Of a DNA stretch of 38,314 bases, positions 18,381 to 27,151 are shown piece by piece. A program made the position numbers and the translations under genes. This DNA is from Kiritimatiellia bacterium (GTDB lineage Bacteria; Verrucomicrobiota; Kiritimatiellia; RFP12; UBA1067), in contig JBJEWG010000222.1 in the NCBI GenBank assembly GCA_051884935.1, positions 1 to 38,314 on the forward strand, in the 5' to 3' direction. The notes under the pieces were generated by a model that made no database searches, was not told the origin of the DNA, and saw only the letters and a list, made by a program, of their open reading frames with translations. Each line of letters opens with the position of its first letter. Position 1 is the first letter of the stretch.

Positions 18381-19628
18381 ATGAAAAAGCAGATTCTCGT
18401 TCTTGCATCAGTTCTTTCCGTGCTGGGTCTTCGGGCGGCGATCGTGCCGGTGAGCCCGGTCGGGGAGCAGGTGGTTCAGCTTGTGCCGGACGCCCAGAAG
18501 AAGGTGATGGCGATGGCGACCTACGACGAGCGCCTGGCGTTCCTGCAGTGGGACCGCGCGAACGGCAAGAAGATCCGCCACGACAAGTTCTGGCGCAAGG
18601 CGCAGCCGGTGGTGCTCAAGTGGAAGGCCACCGCAGGCGAGAAGGGGCCGTGGAAGATCAGGATCGGCAAGAAGCCGGATCTCTCGGACGCGCGGGTCTG
18701 GTACAAGCAGGTGAAGGAGTCGGACGCGGCGACGGGACGCGAGGACGGCAAGGACGCCTCGCAGGTCGTCGAGACGTATGAGGTGCCACGGGGGAACTTC
18801 GAGATCAACGCGACCTACTACTGGTCCGTGGGGTCGCGCGGTCGGTGCGGCTGGGGCTGCGGACCCAAGCATGGCTGCGCGGAATGCGGGAAGGTGAGCG
18901 TTTCCGACGTGGCGGCCTTCAGGACGGAGGACGTGGCGCCGCGGTGGATGGCCATTGGGGGCCCCGTGGGCAATATGCGCGATCTGGGCGGACGCAAGAC
19001 GGTTGACGGCCGTCGCGTGAAACAGGGTATGATCTTCCGTGGCCAGGGCCTCAACGACAACAGCGTGACGGGCGAGACGCGCGGCAGAAACCGTCTCACG
19101 GTGGACGACGTCGCGTACATGACGAAGACGCTCGGCATCAAGACGGACCTCGACCAGCGTTCCCCGGGCGAGATCGCCGACATGACCGAGTCGCCGCTCG
19201 GGCCGTCCGTGAAGTGGATCAACAATTCGTCCGCCTGCTACGCGGGCATCTTCACGCCCAGCGGCAAGGAGGTGATGGCGAAGAACTTCCGCGTGTTCTG
19301 CGACGAGCGGAACTACCCGATCTACTTCCACTGCATCGGCGGCGCGGACCGCGCCGGCTCGCTCGCCTACACGCTGAACGGCATCCTCGGCGTCGAGCGC
19401 CATCTGCTTGAAACCGACTGGGAGAGCACCTTCTACCCGACGCTTCCCGAGATGCGGCCCGACTACAAGGACCACTCCTACTGGTGCGGCGAGTGGCACT
19501 TCACCGACGGCTTCGGCAAGTACGGCGACGCGGATACGCCCTGGAACAAGAAGATCGAGCTCTATCTGCTCGACTGCGGCGTGACCGCCGAGGAGATCGC
19601 GAAGTTTCGTTCCATCATGCTGGACTGA
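18381..19628 (+). CDS. Secreted tyrosine-protein phosphatase family protein (Y_phosphatase3-like)
   Basis: Signal peptide MKKQILVLASVLSVLGLRA; NMRDLGG, IFRG, P-loop FHCIGGADRAG (CX5R). Confidence 0.85.
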   Translation: MKKQILVLASVLSVLGLRAAIVPVSPVGEQVVQLVPDAQKKVMAMATYDERLAFLQWDRANGKKIRHDKFWRKAQPVVLKWKATAGEKGPWKIRIGKKPDLSDARVWYKQVKESDAATGREDGKDASQVVETYEVPRGNFEINATYYWSVGSRGRCGWGCGPKHGCAECGKVSVSDVAAFRTEDVAPRWMAIGGPVGNMRDLGGRKTVDGRRVKQGMIFRGQGLNDNSVTGETRGRNRLTVDDVAYMTKTLGIKTDLDQRSPGEIADMTESPLGPSVKWINNSSACYAGIFTPSGKEVMAKNFRVFCDERNYPIYFHCIGGADRAGSLAYTLNGILGVERHLLETDWESTFYPTLPEMRPDYKDHSYWCGEWHFTDGFGKYGDADTPWNKKIELYLLDCGVTAEEIAKFRSIMLD

Positions 19629-19664
19629 AGATTGTCCGATTCGATTATCTGACGGGGGTCGTTC

Positions 19665-20225
19665 ATGACGTTCTGGTTCTTTCTTCTCGGTGTTCCGCTG
19701 CTCGGGTATGGTCTTGTCTCGCTGCTGTTCACGGACTGGACGGCGAAGCAGCTTGTGGCGTTCCCCCGCAACAGGGCTGCGGGATGCATTCTCTGCGCGG
19801 TGGGCTGGTTCTGGACGGCCTACGAATGCGACACGATCGGCATCGACGTGTTCGACAAGTTTCTGAAGGTGTTCCCGGGGGAGGTCTGGATTCTCGCCCT
19901 CGTGCTGACGGTGCTGATGTGCTGGTGGATGCCGAACCTGCTGTCGATCCGGGGCGTGAGCGCGCTCTTCATGCTGTTCCCGGGTGAGATGTTCCCGGTG
20001 ATCCGCCTCTGCGACACGCCGTGGCGCCTCACGCTGGTCGTGTTCGCCTACATCTGCGCGATTACGGGCATGTTCGGAATGTTCTACCCGTGGCGCATTC
20101 GGCAGGCGCTTGCCTGGCGGGCGGCGAGGCCCCTCCGCGTGCGCGTGGTCGGCGCCGTTCTCGCGGCGGTGGGCGCGCTCTTTCTGGTGTTGGGCGCCTG
20201 TGCCGCCGCAGGCGTGTTGAAGTAG
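19665..20225 (+). CDS. Hypothetical integral membrane protein (about 5-6 TM)
   Basis: Alternating hydrophobic segments; in line with neighbouring genes. Confidence 0.7.
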   Translation: MTFWFFLLGVPLLGYGLVSLLFTDWTAKQLVAFPRNRAAGCILCAVGWFWTAYECDTIGIDVFDKFLKVFPGEVWILALVLTVLMCWWMPNLLSIRGVSALFMLFPGEMFPVIRLCDTPWRLTLVVFAYICAITGMFGMFYPWRIRQALAWRAARPLRVRVVGAVLAAVGALFLVLGACAAAGVLK

Positions 20226-20244
20226 ATCAAGAGGGGCCGCACGG

Positions 20245-21048
20245 ATGCGGTGTGGGGCGCTTTCCATCTTCAAGGCGGCGGTTCTGATCGGGACGCTGCT
20301 GGGAGGGGTTCTGGCGCGTGGCGCGGACGATCTTCCCGGAGGCATTCTGCGGGACGGGGAGCGCTTCGTCTACGACTTCCGCTACCAGAAGGGTTTTATG
20401 GGAATCCCGGCGGGGACGGCGAGCCTCTCCACGGTGGCGACCAATTACCGGGGACGGGCGGCCTTCGCCCTGGAACTCGTCTTGCAGGCCTCCCCGATTG
20501 TCGAGAAGGTCTATCACCTCACGACGCGGTTCAGGAGTCTGGTGGGGCCCGACCTGGAGCCGATCGCCTATCTGAAGGAGGCGGAAGAGGGGACGCGGTT
20601 CTACACCGAAACGGCGGAGTTCGTCCCGCGCGCGGAGGGGGGATGCGTGGTGAAGTCGCGCCGGGCGTTTCAGGGCGGGCGCGTCCAGACGGGGAATTGC
20701 ATCCGGGAGGGGCGGGTCTACGACCTCGTGAGCGTCTGCTTCCACGCGCGGGGGAAGGAGATGGCCGGCGCGCGGGTGGGGGATCGGTTCCCGGTTTCCG
20801 TGGCGTCCGGAGTCACGGTGCGCGACCGGACGATCCTCTATCGCGGGAACGAGATGATGGATGTGGAGGGCGGCGGGCGGGTGCCGTGCCAGGTGTTCGT
20901 GCTGCTGGCGGACGAGAGGGGGAAGGCGGCGGAGGTGGCGACCTTCTGGATTTCGCGAGACCGCCATCGGATGCCCGTGCGGATTGACGTATCTCTCAAG
21001 TTTGGCGCCGTCAGCGTGAGGCTGGCGGAGAAAGGACGTTCAGAATGA
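20245..21048 (+). CDS. DUF3108-like secreted protein
   Basis: Signal peptide; GERFVYDFRY...AGTA; C-terminal FWISRD..RMPVRIDVSLKFGAV. Confidence 0.7.
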   Translation: MRCGALSIFKAAVLIGTLLGGVLARGADDLPGGILRDGERFVYDFRYQKGFMGIPAGTASLSTVATNYRGRAAFALELVLQASPIVEKVYHLTTRFRSLVGPDLEPIAYLKEAEEGTRFYTETAEFVPRAEGGCVVKSRRAFQGGRVQTGNCIREGRVYDLVSVCFHARGKEMAGARVGDRFPVSVASGVTVRDRTILYRGNEMMDVEGGGRVPCQVFVLLADERGKAAEVATFWISRDRHRMPVRIDVSLKFGAVSVRLAEKGRSE

Positions 21049-21596
21049 CGATTGTGCAGGGTCGGCGGGCGATTGACGAGCTGTCGCGGGAGGAACTGGT
21101 CCGCCTCGTCGAGATCTATTCCAAGAACTGGCTGGCGATGGACGGCGTGTGGTTCCAGTCCATCGAGCGGAAGCTGGGCATGGACGAGGCGATGTACTAC
21201 GATGCCGAGGCCTGGCGCCGCTTCACGGTGATCGAGGCGAAACGGATCAAGGCGTTCCTCGGCCTGCCCGAGCGGGCGGGCGTGGAGGGGCTTGTGCGGG
21301 CGCTGCGGCTGCGCTTCTACGCCAATATCAATGTGGACCGCATCGAAGTTGAGGGGAACGTCGTTACCTACACGGCGGTGGACTGCCGTGTGCAGACGGC
21401 CCGCAAACGGAAGAAAATGCCGCTTCACCCGTGCAAATCGGTCGGGTTGATTGAGTATACGGGCTTCGCCCAGACCATCGACGATCGGTTCACCTGCACG
21501 TGCGTCAGCTGCCACCCCGATGTGACGGACGCCACCTGTTGCTGTAAGTGGCGGTTTGAGCTTCAAACGGGTCCAAATTCCCTGCCATCGGCATAA
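21045..21596 (+). CDS. DUF6125-like protein (Cys-rich C-terminus)
   Basis: KNWLAMDGVWFQ, DCRVQTAR, PCKSVG, CVSCHPD, CCCKW; ATGA overlap with the upstream gene. Confidence 0.7.
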   Translation: MTIVQGRRAIDELSREELVRLVEIYSKNWLAMDGVWFQSIERKLGMDEAMYYDAEAWRRFTVIEAKRIKAFLGLPERAGVEGLVRALRLRFYANINVDRIEVEGNVVTYTAVDCRVQTARKRKKMPLHPCKSVGLIEYTGFAQTIDDRFTCTCVSCHPDVTDATCCCKWRFELQTGPNSLPSA

Positions 21597-21747
21597 CCCG
21601 ACCCGAGTTGTGCCGATGAGCCGACCCGAGTTATGCCGATGAGCCGACCCGAGTTGTGCCGATGAGCCGACCCGAGTTGTGCCGATGAGCCGACCCCGAG
21701 TTGTGCCGATGACCTGACCCGAGTTATGCCGATGACTCGACTCAAGT
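21586..21747. repeat. 23-bp tandem repeat GACCCGAGTTRTGCCGATGAGCC, 6 copies + a degenerate 7th, preceded by an inverted partial copy
   Basis: Units start at 21600, 21623, 21646, 21669, 21692, 21716, 21739; inverted CATCGGCATAACCCG at 21586-21600; same family at 37343-37442. Confidence 0.92.
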
Positions 21748-21860
21748 CACGCGGATAAGGCAATCGATTCTTAGACGGGCCCTACCAGTAGGATAGGCAT
21801 CTTACTCGTGTAGGGGAGGGGCAATTTGACGCAACACACGGCCGTGGGGGACCCTGCTGC

Positions 21861-21895
21861 AAAACAAAAACGGAACTCCCGATTGGGAATCCCGT
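21861..21895 (-). terminator. Intrinsic terminator of tRNA-Thr
   Basis: Minus strand ACGGGATTCCC-AATC-GGGAGTTCCGT followed by TTTTGTTTT. Confidence 0.8.
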
Positions 21896-21903
21896 CTTGT
21901 GGA

Positions 21904-21979
21904 TGGAGCCAGGTAACGGATTCGAACCGCCGACCTGCTCATTACGAATGAGCCGCACTACCAGCTGTGCTAACCTGGC
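21904..21979 (-). tRNA. tRNA-Thr(CGT)
   Basis: GCCAGGTTAGCACAGCTGGTAGTGCGGCTCATTCGTAATGAGCAGGTCGGCGGTTCGAATCCGTTACCTGGCTCCA; 76 nt, anticodon loop TT-CGT-AA, T-loop GTTCGAATC, encoded CCA. Confidence 0.97.
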
Positions 21980-21998
21980 TTGGTTGAAAACGGGACAC

Positions 21999-22027
21999 AG
22001 TATACACCATTCCGGAGCGGCGTGCAA
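21999..22027 (-). promoter_or_regulatory. sigma70 promoter of tRNA-Thr (TTGCAC-17-TATACT)
   Basis: Minus-strand hexamers at 22027-22022 and 22004-21999. Confidence 0.65.
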
Positions 22028-22058
22028 GGGGGAATTTGAACTTTTTTCATTTTACCTA

Positions 22059-22087
22059 TTCACATTCGGCGCGCTTTTCGCTACAAT
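22059..22087 (+). promoter_or_regulatory. sigma70 promoter of rpsT (TTCACA-17-TACAAT)
   Basis: Hexamers at 22059-22064 and 22082-22087; divergent from the tRNA promoter. Confidence 0.6.
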
Positions 22088-22127
22088 ATCCGCTCAGTTG
22101 TTTTCGGACCAATAGGAGTAATTCACA

Positions 22128-22427
22128 ATGGCGAACATCAAAGGCGGCCGTTCCGCCCGTAAACGCGACCGTCAGAACGCGAAGGCGAACAAGCGCAATG
22201 TTGCGGTGAAGACGCGCCTGCACACGGCTCACAAGAAGCTTTTCAAGGCCGCGGACGCCGGCAAGAAGGACGATGCCGAGAAGGAGTTCAAGGAATTCGT
22301 CAGCGGTCTCGACAAGGCCGTGAAGAAGGGCGTGATCGCGAAGAACACGGCCGACCGCAAGAAGTCCCGCGCGCAGCTCAAGCTCAACAAGCTCGCGGCG
22401 GCCCCGGCTCCGGCCGAGGCGAAGTAG
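22128..22427 (+). CDS. rpsT: 30S ribosomal protein S20
   Basis: MANIK...SARKR, LDKAVKKGVIAKNTADRKKSR; SD AGGAG. Confidence 0.95.
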   Translation: MANIKGGRSARKRDRQNAKANKRNVAVKTRLHTAHKKLFKAADAGKKDDAEKEFKEFVSGLDKAVKKGVIAKNTADRKKSRAQLKLNKLAAAPAPAEAK

Positions 22428-22565
22428 GGGGCTCGTCCCCCTCCGATGGCTGTCGACGGCCGTCGATGGCGGAACATCCGACGGCAACCGACAGAGGTCG
22501 ACTGCCGTCGGTTGCGTTATTTCAAGGTGTCGATTCAGTAACCTATATTATAAGGAGTAGAGACA

Positions 22566-23879
22566 ATGGCTAAGAAGACTCTGCGTGACGTCGAGCTGGC
22601 GGGCAAGCGCGTGCTGATGCGCGTCGATTTCAACGTTCCGATGGCGAAGGACGGTTCGGGCAAGATCACGGACGACACGCGCATCGTGGCGGCGCTGCCC
22701 TCCATCAAGTACGTGCTTGAGCAGGGGGCGTCCCTGGTCCTCATGTCGCACCTCGGCCGCCCGAAGGGCGTGAAGCTCGGCGCGGCGCCGAACCCCGACA
22801 ACGCGGCGTTCACGCTGAAGCCGGTCGCCGAGGAGCTCGCGCGGCAGCTGGGGCGGCCCGTCACGTTCGCGCCCGACTGCATGGCGGCGGACGAGATCGT
22901 CGCGGCGATGAAGCCGGGCGACGTCACCCTGCTCGAAAACACCCGCTTCTACAAGGCCGAGGACGGCAAGGTGAAGAAGGACGACGAGAAGAAGGGCATT
23001 CACCTCACGGAGGAGGAGTTCCAGGCGAAGAAGGCCGAGCTCAAGGAGCAGCGCGCCGCGATGGCGAAGAAGCTCGCCTCCTACGGCGACGTCTACGCGA
23101 ACGACGCATTCGGCACGGCGCACCGCGCCCACGCCTCGACGGCCGTCGTGGCGGACTACCTGCGCCCCGCAGTGAGCGGCTTCCTGCTTGAGAAGGAGAT
23201 CAAGTTCCTCGGCGACGCGGTCGAGAACCCGGTTCGCCCGTTCGTCGCCATCCTCGGCGGCGCGAAGGTCTCCGACAAGCTCAAGGTCATCAAGAACCTG
23301 CTGAACAAGGTCGATACGCTCATCGTCGGCGGCGGCATGGCCTATACCTTCAAGAAGGCGCAGGGCATGAAGGTGGGCGCCTCCCTCTGCGAGGACGACC
23401 AGCTCGCGTACGCGAAGGAGATGCTGGACGCGGCGGCGGCGAAGGGCATCAAGTTCCTTCTGCCCATCGACGACGTGGTCGCGAACAAGTTCCCGGCCGA
23501 GAAGGACGCCAGCGACATCACCCTCAAGGTGACCGAGGGCGACATCGAGGACGGCTGGATGGGGCTCGACATTGGCCCGAAGACGATCGCGCTCTTCTCC
23601 GACGCCGTCAAGGCGGCGAAGACGGTGGTCTGGAACGGCCCGATGGGCTGCTTCGAGTTCGCGCCGCTCGCGAAGGGCACGTTCGGCGTGTGCGACGCGG
23701 TCGCCACGGTGAAGGCCAACGGCGGTCTTTCGATCATCGGCGGCGGCGACAGCGTCTCCGCGGTGAAGAAGAGCGGCAAGGCGGCCGAGATGAGCCACAT
23801 CTCCACGGGCGGCGGCGCGAGCCTTGAGTACCTTGAGGGCAAGGTCCTTCCGGGCGTTGCCGCGCTCGACGAGAAGTAA
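22566..23879 (+). CDS. pgk: Phosphoglycerate kinase
   Basis: [64 protein letters not shown]. Confidence 0.98.
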   Translation: MAKKTLRDVELAGKRVLMRVDFNVPMAKDGSGKITDDTRIVAALPSIKYVLEQGASLVLMSHLGRPKGVKLGAAPNPDNAAFTLKPVAEELARQLGRPVTFAPDCMAADEIVAAMKPGDVTLLENTRFYKAEDGKVKKDDEKKGIHLTEEEFQAKKAELKEQRAAMAKKLASYGDVYANDAFGTAHRAHASTAVVADYLRPAVSGFLLEKEIKFLGDAVENPVRPFVAILGGAKVSDKLKVIKNLLNKVDTLIVGGGMAYTFKKAQGMKVGASLCEDDQLAYAKEMLDAAAAKGIKFLLPIDDVVANKFPAEKDASDITLKVTEGDIEDGWMGLDIGPKTIALFSDAVKAAKTVVWNGPMGCFEFAPLAKGTFGVCDAVATVKANGGLSIIGGGDSVSAVKKSGKAAEMSHISTGGGASLEYLEGKVLPGVAALDEK

Positions 23880-23936
23880 TCTTCTCCCAGTGCCGCGGCG
23901 CGTGTGAGAACGCGCGAAAAAGGGAGGCCGGTGCGC

Positions 23937-23965
23937 TTGACGCGCGCCGGCTTTTCCATTATAAT
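23937..23965 (+). promoter_or_regulatory. sigma70 promoter of the TPR/ExbBD cluster (TTGACG-17-TATAAT)
   Basis: Hexamers at 23937-23942 and 23960-23965; ATG 10 nt downstream; no SD. Confidence 0.7.
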
Positions 23966-23975
23966 TTGACGCATC

Positions 23976-26900
23976 ATGAGCATTTTCCATACCCACGTAC
24001 TGTCATCGTTCGCGGTTCTCGCCGCGTGTTCGCTCGTGCCCGTGGTGGCCGTGCGGGCGGCGGACGATGCCGCCGCGCAGCCTGCGGCCGAGGATCCCGC
24101 GGCCAAGGTTGAGCTGGAGTACATCGGCGCGCTCGTCGATGCGAACATGCCGGACTTCGCGGAGCCCGTGATCGCGGCCGCCAAGAAGAAGTGGCCGCAG
24201 CTGGGGCCGCGTCTCAAGGTGCTTGAGCTGCAGGGCGCGCTGCGCCTCGGCAAGTTCGACGACGTGCAGAAGGTCGTCAACGCCATGAAGGAGAAGAACG
24301 GCGAATACTGGGCGCTGCGCCTCTCGATGGCGGATGCGTACTATGCCCGCTCGATGATGCCCGAGTGCCGGAAGATCTACGAGGAGTTCTTCAAAACGGT
24401 CCAGAAGCCGGGCGCGGACCTGCTGGACTTCTATGTCGAGTCGGGCTTCAAGTGGGCGCATATCTGCGTGAACGAGAGGAACTTCGACGAGGCCTTGAAG
24501 ATGTACACGGGGCTGCGCTCGAAACTCTCCGAGACGGGCGCGACCGAGAAGCGCTGGTGCACGGTGGCGATGGCGGAGGCTTCGCTGCTGATCCGCCTCG
24601 CGGCGGACATCGAGCTGCCGGCCGACCCGAAGAAGGCGAAGCCCCTCGTGGACAAGCGGAACGGCTATCTCGCCCAGGCGAGCAAGCTGGTTGACAAGCT
24701 GCTCTGGAAGAACGAGCTCATCATCGTGTTCGGCAAGGCGATCGCCATGAAGGCCCACATCGCGATGCTGCGGGGCGACATGGAGAAGGCGCAGGATCTC
24801 GTCAACGACTACATGCCGCAGCTGGCCAAGATCCACGAAAGTCTGGTGGAACAGGACCCGGACGGCCGGGAGGGCTATGTGCGCATGAGCCCGATGCCCG
24901 AGTGCCGCTATCTGCTCGCGAAGCTGCTGTGGGAGACGGCGAAGACGGAGGCCAAGGCCGCGAAGCCGGACGACGCGAAGATCACGGCGCTGCTGCTGGG
25001 CGCGAAGGTCGGCGGCAAGCGCAACGGCCTGGGCGCCTTCAACCACGCGGTCAACGTGTACGTCAAGTATCCCGAGTCCTCCATCGCCGGCGACGCCGGG
25101 CAGATCTACGAGGAGATCGCGGCGTTTGTGCTCGAACGCTACAAGAAGGACCTGAAGAAGGCGGTCAAGATTTCGCCGGAGCACATGAAGAAGGTCATCC
25201 GGATTCAGTTCGAAAACGCCTTCGCAACCTATCGGAGCGGTAACATCGCGGAGGCGATCAAGACGTACTCGGACCTCGTGGCGCGCTACCCGGACGCCGA
25301 GGAGGTCCCGGGTGCCATCGCGGTGTTGGCGGATTGCTATCTCTCGCAGTGGCAGGACGAGAAGAACGCCGAGAAGAAGAAGGCCCTCCGCGCCGACGCC
25401 GACGCGAAGGAGGACGATCTCGCGGCCCGCTTCGCCGGCAAGGGCGACGCCCGCGAACGCGCGGCCGGCGACGAGCTGCTGCGCCTCGCGGCGAAGGAGC
25501 GCGAGCTGGGGCAGCTGGCGCGGTCGCAGCAGGTCTACGACCTCTATTTCAAGAAGTTCCCGAACCACTACAACGCCTCGCAGCGCGCGTGGAGTCTCGC
25601 GGGGCAGGCCTATGTGGCCGAGGACTGGGAGGCGGCGGCGCACTACTACGAGCTGGTCGCCACGGCCTACACGAATTCGCCGCACGTCGCATCCGCCCTG
25701 CAGTTCCGCGCGCAGTGCGCCGCGAAGACGGGCGACGTCGATGGGCAGATGACGTGGCTCCGCAGGTTCTCCGAGGCGACGAAGAAGGTCTCCGAGCGCA
25801 CGGCGACTCAGATCCAGCTCGCGCAGATGCAGCGGAAGATCGGCTTCGCCGACTTCGCCGCGGCCGCCGAGACGAACGACGTCGCGGCCGCCGAGGCGTT
25901 GCGCAAGGGGGCGTACCGCGCCGTCGCGGACGCGATCAAGGAGTACCGCACGGCGGCGGCGGCCATCACGAAGGAGCTTGAGTCGAACAAGGGGCTCTCC
26001 AAGGAGGACAGGGAGAGGTTCCTGCTGCACCGCGAGCAGGCGATGTTCCTCGAAGGCGACTGCTGGCAGCGGCTGACCTGGCCCGAGGACAAGATTTCCG
26101 TCTTCCGCGCGCAGGCCGTCAAGGCGTATGAGCGCTATCTGGAGGCCTATCCGAAGGGGACGTGGGGCCCGGCCGCGCTCGTGAAGATCGGCACGATCTA
26201 CACGGCCGAGAAGAACATGGAGGAGTCGCAGAAGGCCTTCGCGCGCCTGCAGAGCGACTTCCCGGAGTCCGACGAGGCCAAGAACTCGGTGCCGCGCCTC
26301 GCGAAGACGCTCATCGAGATGGGGCTGCGCCAGGAGGGCGTGGCGGAATACAAGCAGATGCTTGAGACGACGGGCGGCAAGTATTCGGCCGGGCAGTTCC
26401 TCGCGGCGGGCGACGCCCTGCTTGAGGCGAAGGGCTGGGACGTCGCCGCCGAGGCGTACACGAAGGCGATCGACCTCTCGAAGGCCGTGACGAACGCGGC
26501 CGCCCGGACGGCGATCATCGCCCGCTCCACGCTGGGGCAGGCGAAGGCCGCGGTCGGGCAGCAGCTCTACGCCGAGGCGCACCAGAAGCTGGATCAGTTC
26601 GTGGAGAAGTACGCGAAGAGCCAGCTGGTGGTGGAGGCCTACGAGATGATCGTCGAGGTCGCCTCGGAGGAGGGCCGCCGTGAGAAGGACGACGAGCTCC
26701 GCCGACAGTACTTCAACGCGGCCGTGCGCGCCATCAAGAAGCTGCGCGGCTATCAGAAGACCCAGGCCGAGATCGATCTGCTCGACCTGCGGTCCGGCGA
26801 GGTGCTCGTGCGCAAGATGGAGGCCGAGGAGGCGATGAACCTGAAGGAGAAGGCGCTGGAGACCTGCGGCCTCGCGGCGAACGCCTTCCAGACGTTCCTC

Positions 26901-27128
26901 ATGTCGCATGAACCGACGCCCGAACATCCCGCGAAGGACATGACGCCCGCGCAGCTCGCGAACCTCGAACGCTGCTACTCGTCCGCGCTGCCGCTGATGG
27001 CGAAGCTCGGCAAGGAGCAGGCGGACATGATTCTCAAGTACGGCGCGGCCTATCTGGAGCTCTTCCCCGACGGGAAGCACAAGACGGCTGTCCAGAATGC
27101 CGTGAACCAGGCGCAGGCCGACAAGTAA
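23976..27128 (+). CDS. Large secreted tetratricopeptide-repeat protein (1050 aa)
   Basis: Signal peptide ending AVRA; many TPR-like helix pairs ending YP/FP (ARYPDAE, KKFPNH, EAYPKG, SDFPES, ELFPDG). Confidence 0.85.
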   Translation: MSIFHTHVLSSFAVLAACSLVPVVAVRAADDAAAQPAAEDPAAKVELEYIGALVDANMPDFAEPVIAAAKKKWPQLGPRLKVLELQGALRLGKFDDVQKVVNAMKEKNGEYWALRLSMADAYYARSMMPECRKIYEEFFKTVQKPGADLLDFYVESGFKWAHICVNERNFDEALKMYTGLRSKLSETGATEKRWCTVAMAEASLLIRLAADIELPADPKKAKPLVDKRNGYLAQASKLVDKLLWKNELIIVFGKAIAMKAHIAMLRGDMEKAQDLVNDYMPQLAKIHESLVEQDPDGREGYVRMSPMPECRYLLAKLLWETAKTEAKAAKPDDAKITALLLGAKVGGKRNGLGAFNHAVNVYVKYPESSIAGDAGQIYEEIAAFVLERYKKDLKKAVKISPEHMKKVIRIQFENAFATYRSGNIAEAIKTYSDLVARYPDAEEVPGAIAVLADCYLSQWQDEKNAEKKKALRADADAKEDDLAARFAGKGDARERAAGDELLRLAAKERELGQLARSQQVYDLYFKKFPNHYNASQRAWSLAGQAYVAEDWEAAAHYYELVATAYTNSPHVASALQFRAQCAAKTGDVDGQMTWLRRFSEATKKVSERTATQIQLAQMQRKIGFADFAAAAETNDVAAAEALRKGAYRAVADAIKEYRTAAAAITKELESNKGLSKEDRERFLLHREQAMFLEGDCWQRLTWPEDKISVFRAQAVKAYERYLEAYPKGTWGPAALVKIGTIYTAEKNMEESQKAFARLQSDFPESDEAKNSVPRLAKTLIEMGLRQEGVAEYKQMLETTGGKYSAGQFLAAGDALLEAKGWDVAAEAYTKAIDLSKAVTNAAARTAIIARSTLGQAKAAVGQQLYAEAHQKLDQFVEKYAKSQLVVEAYEMIVEVASEEGRREKDDELRRQYFNAAVRAIKKLRGYQKTQAEIDLLDLRSGEVLVRKMEAEEAMNLKEKALETCGLAANAFQTFLMSHEPTPEHPAKDMTPAQLANLERCYSSALPLMAKLGKEQADMILKYGAAYLELFPDGKHKTAVQNAVNQAQADK

Positions 27129-27151
27129 GAAAGGTGTTTCAAGTGAAAGCG

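Noticed and set aside
21600..21747. CRISPR array, or coding ORF 21563..21763
   Set aside because: Head-to-tail 23-bp units with no unique spacers; the ORF is just translated repeat
21904..21979. Integrative element at tRNA-Thr
   Set aside because: No integrase and no duplicated tRNA 3' end noticed in the window
24003..27080. 1025-aa minus-strand ORF (and other long antisense ORFs such as 33152..35374, 18408..20345, 4860..6683, 9523..11310)
   Set aside because: Antisense shadows of high-GC3 genes; R/L/V/G-rich with no motifs, while the + strand genes have clear family motifs
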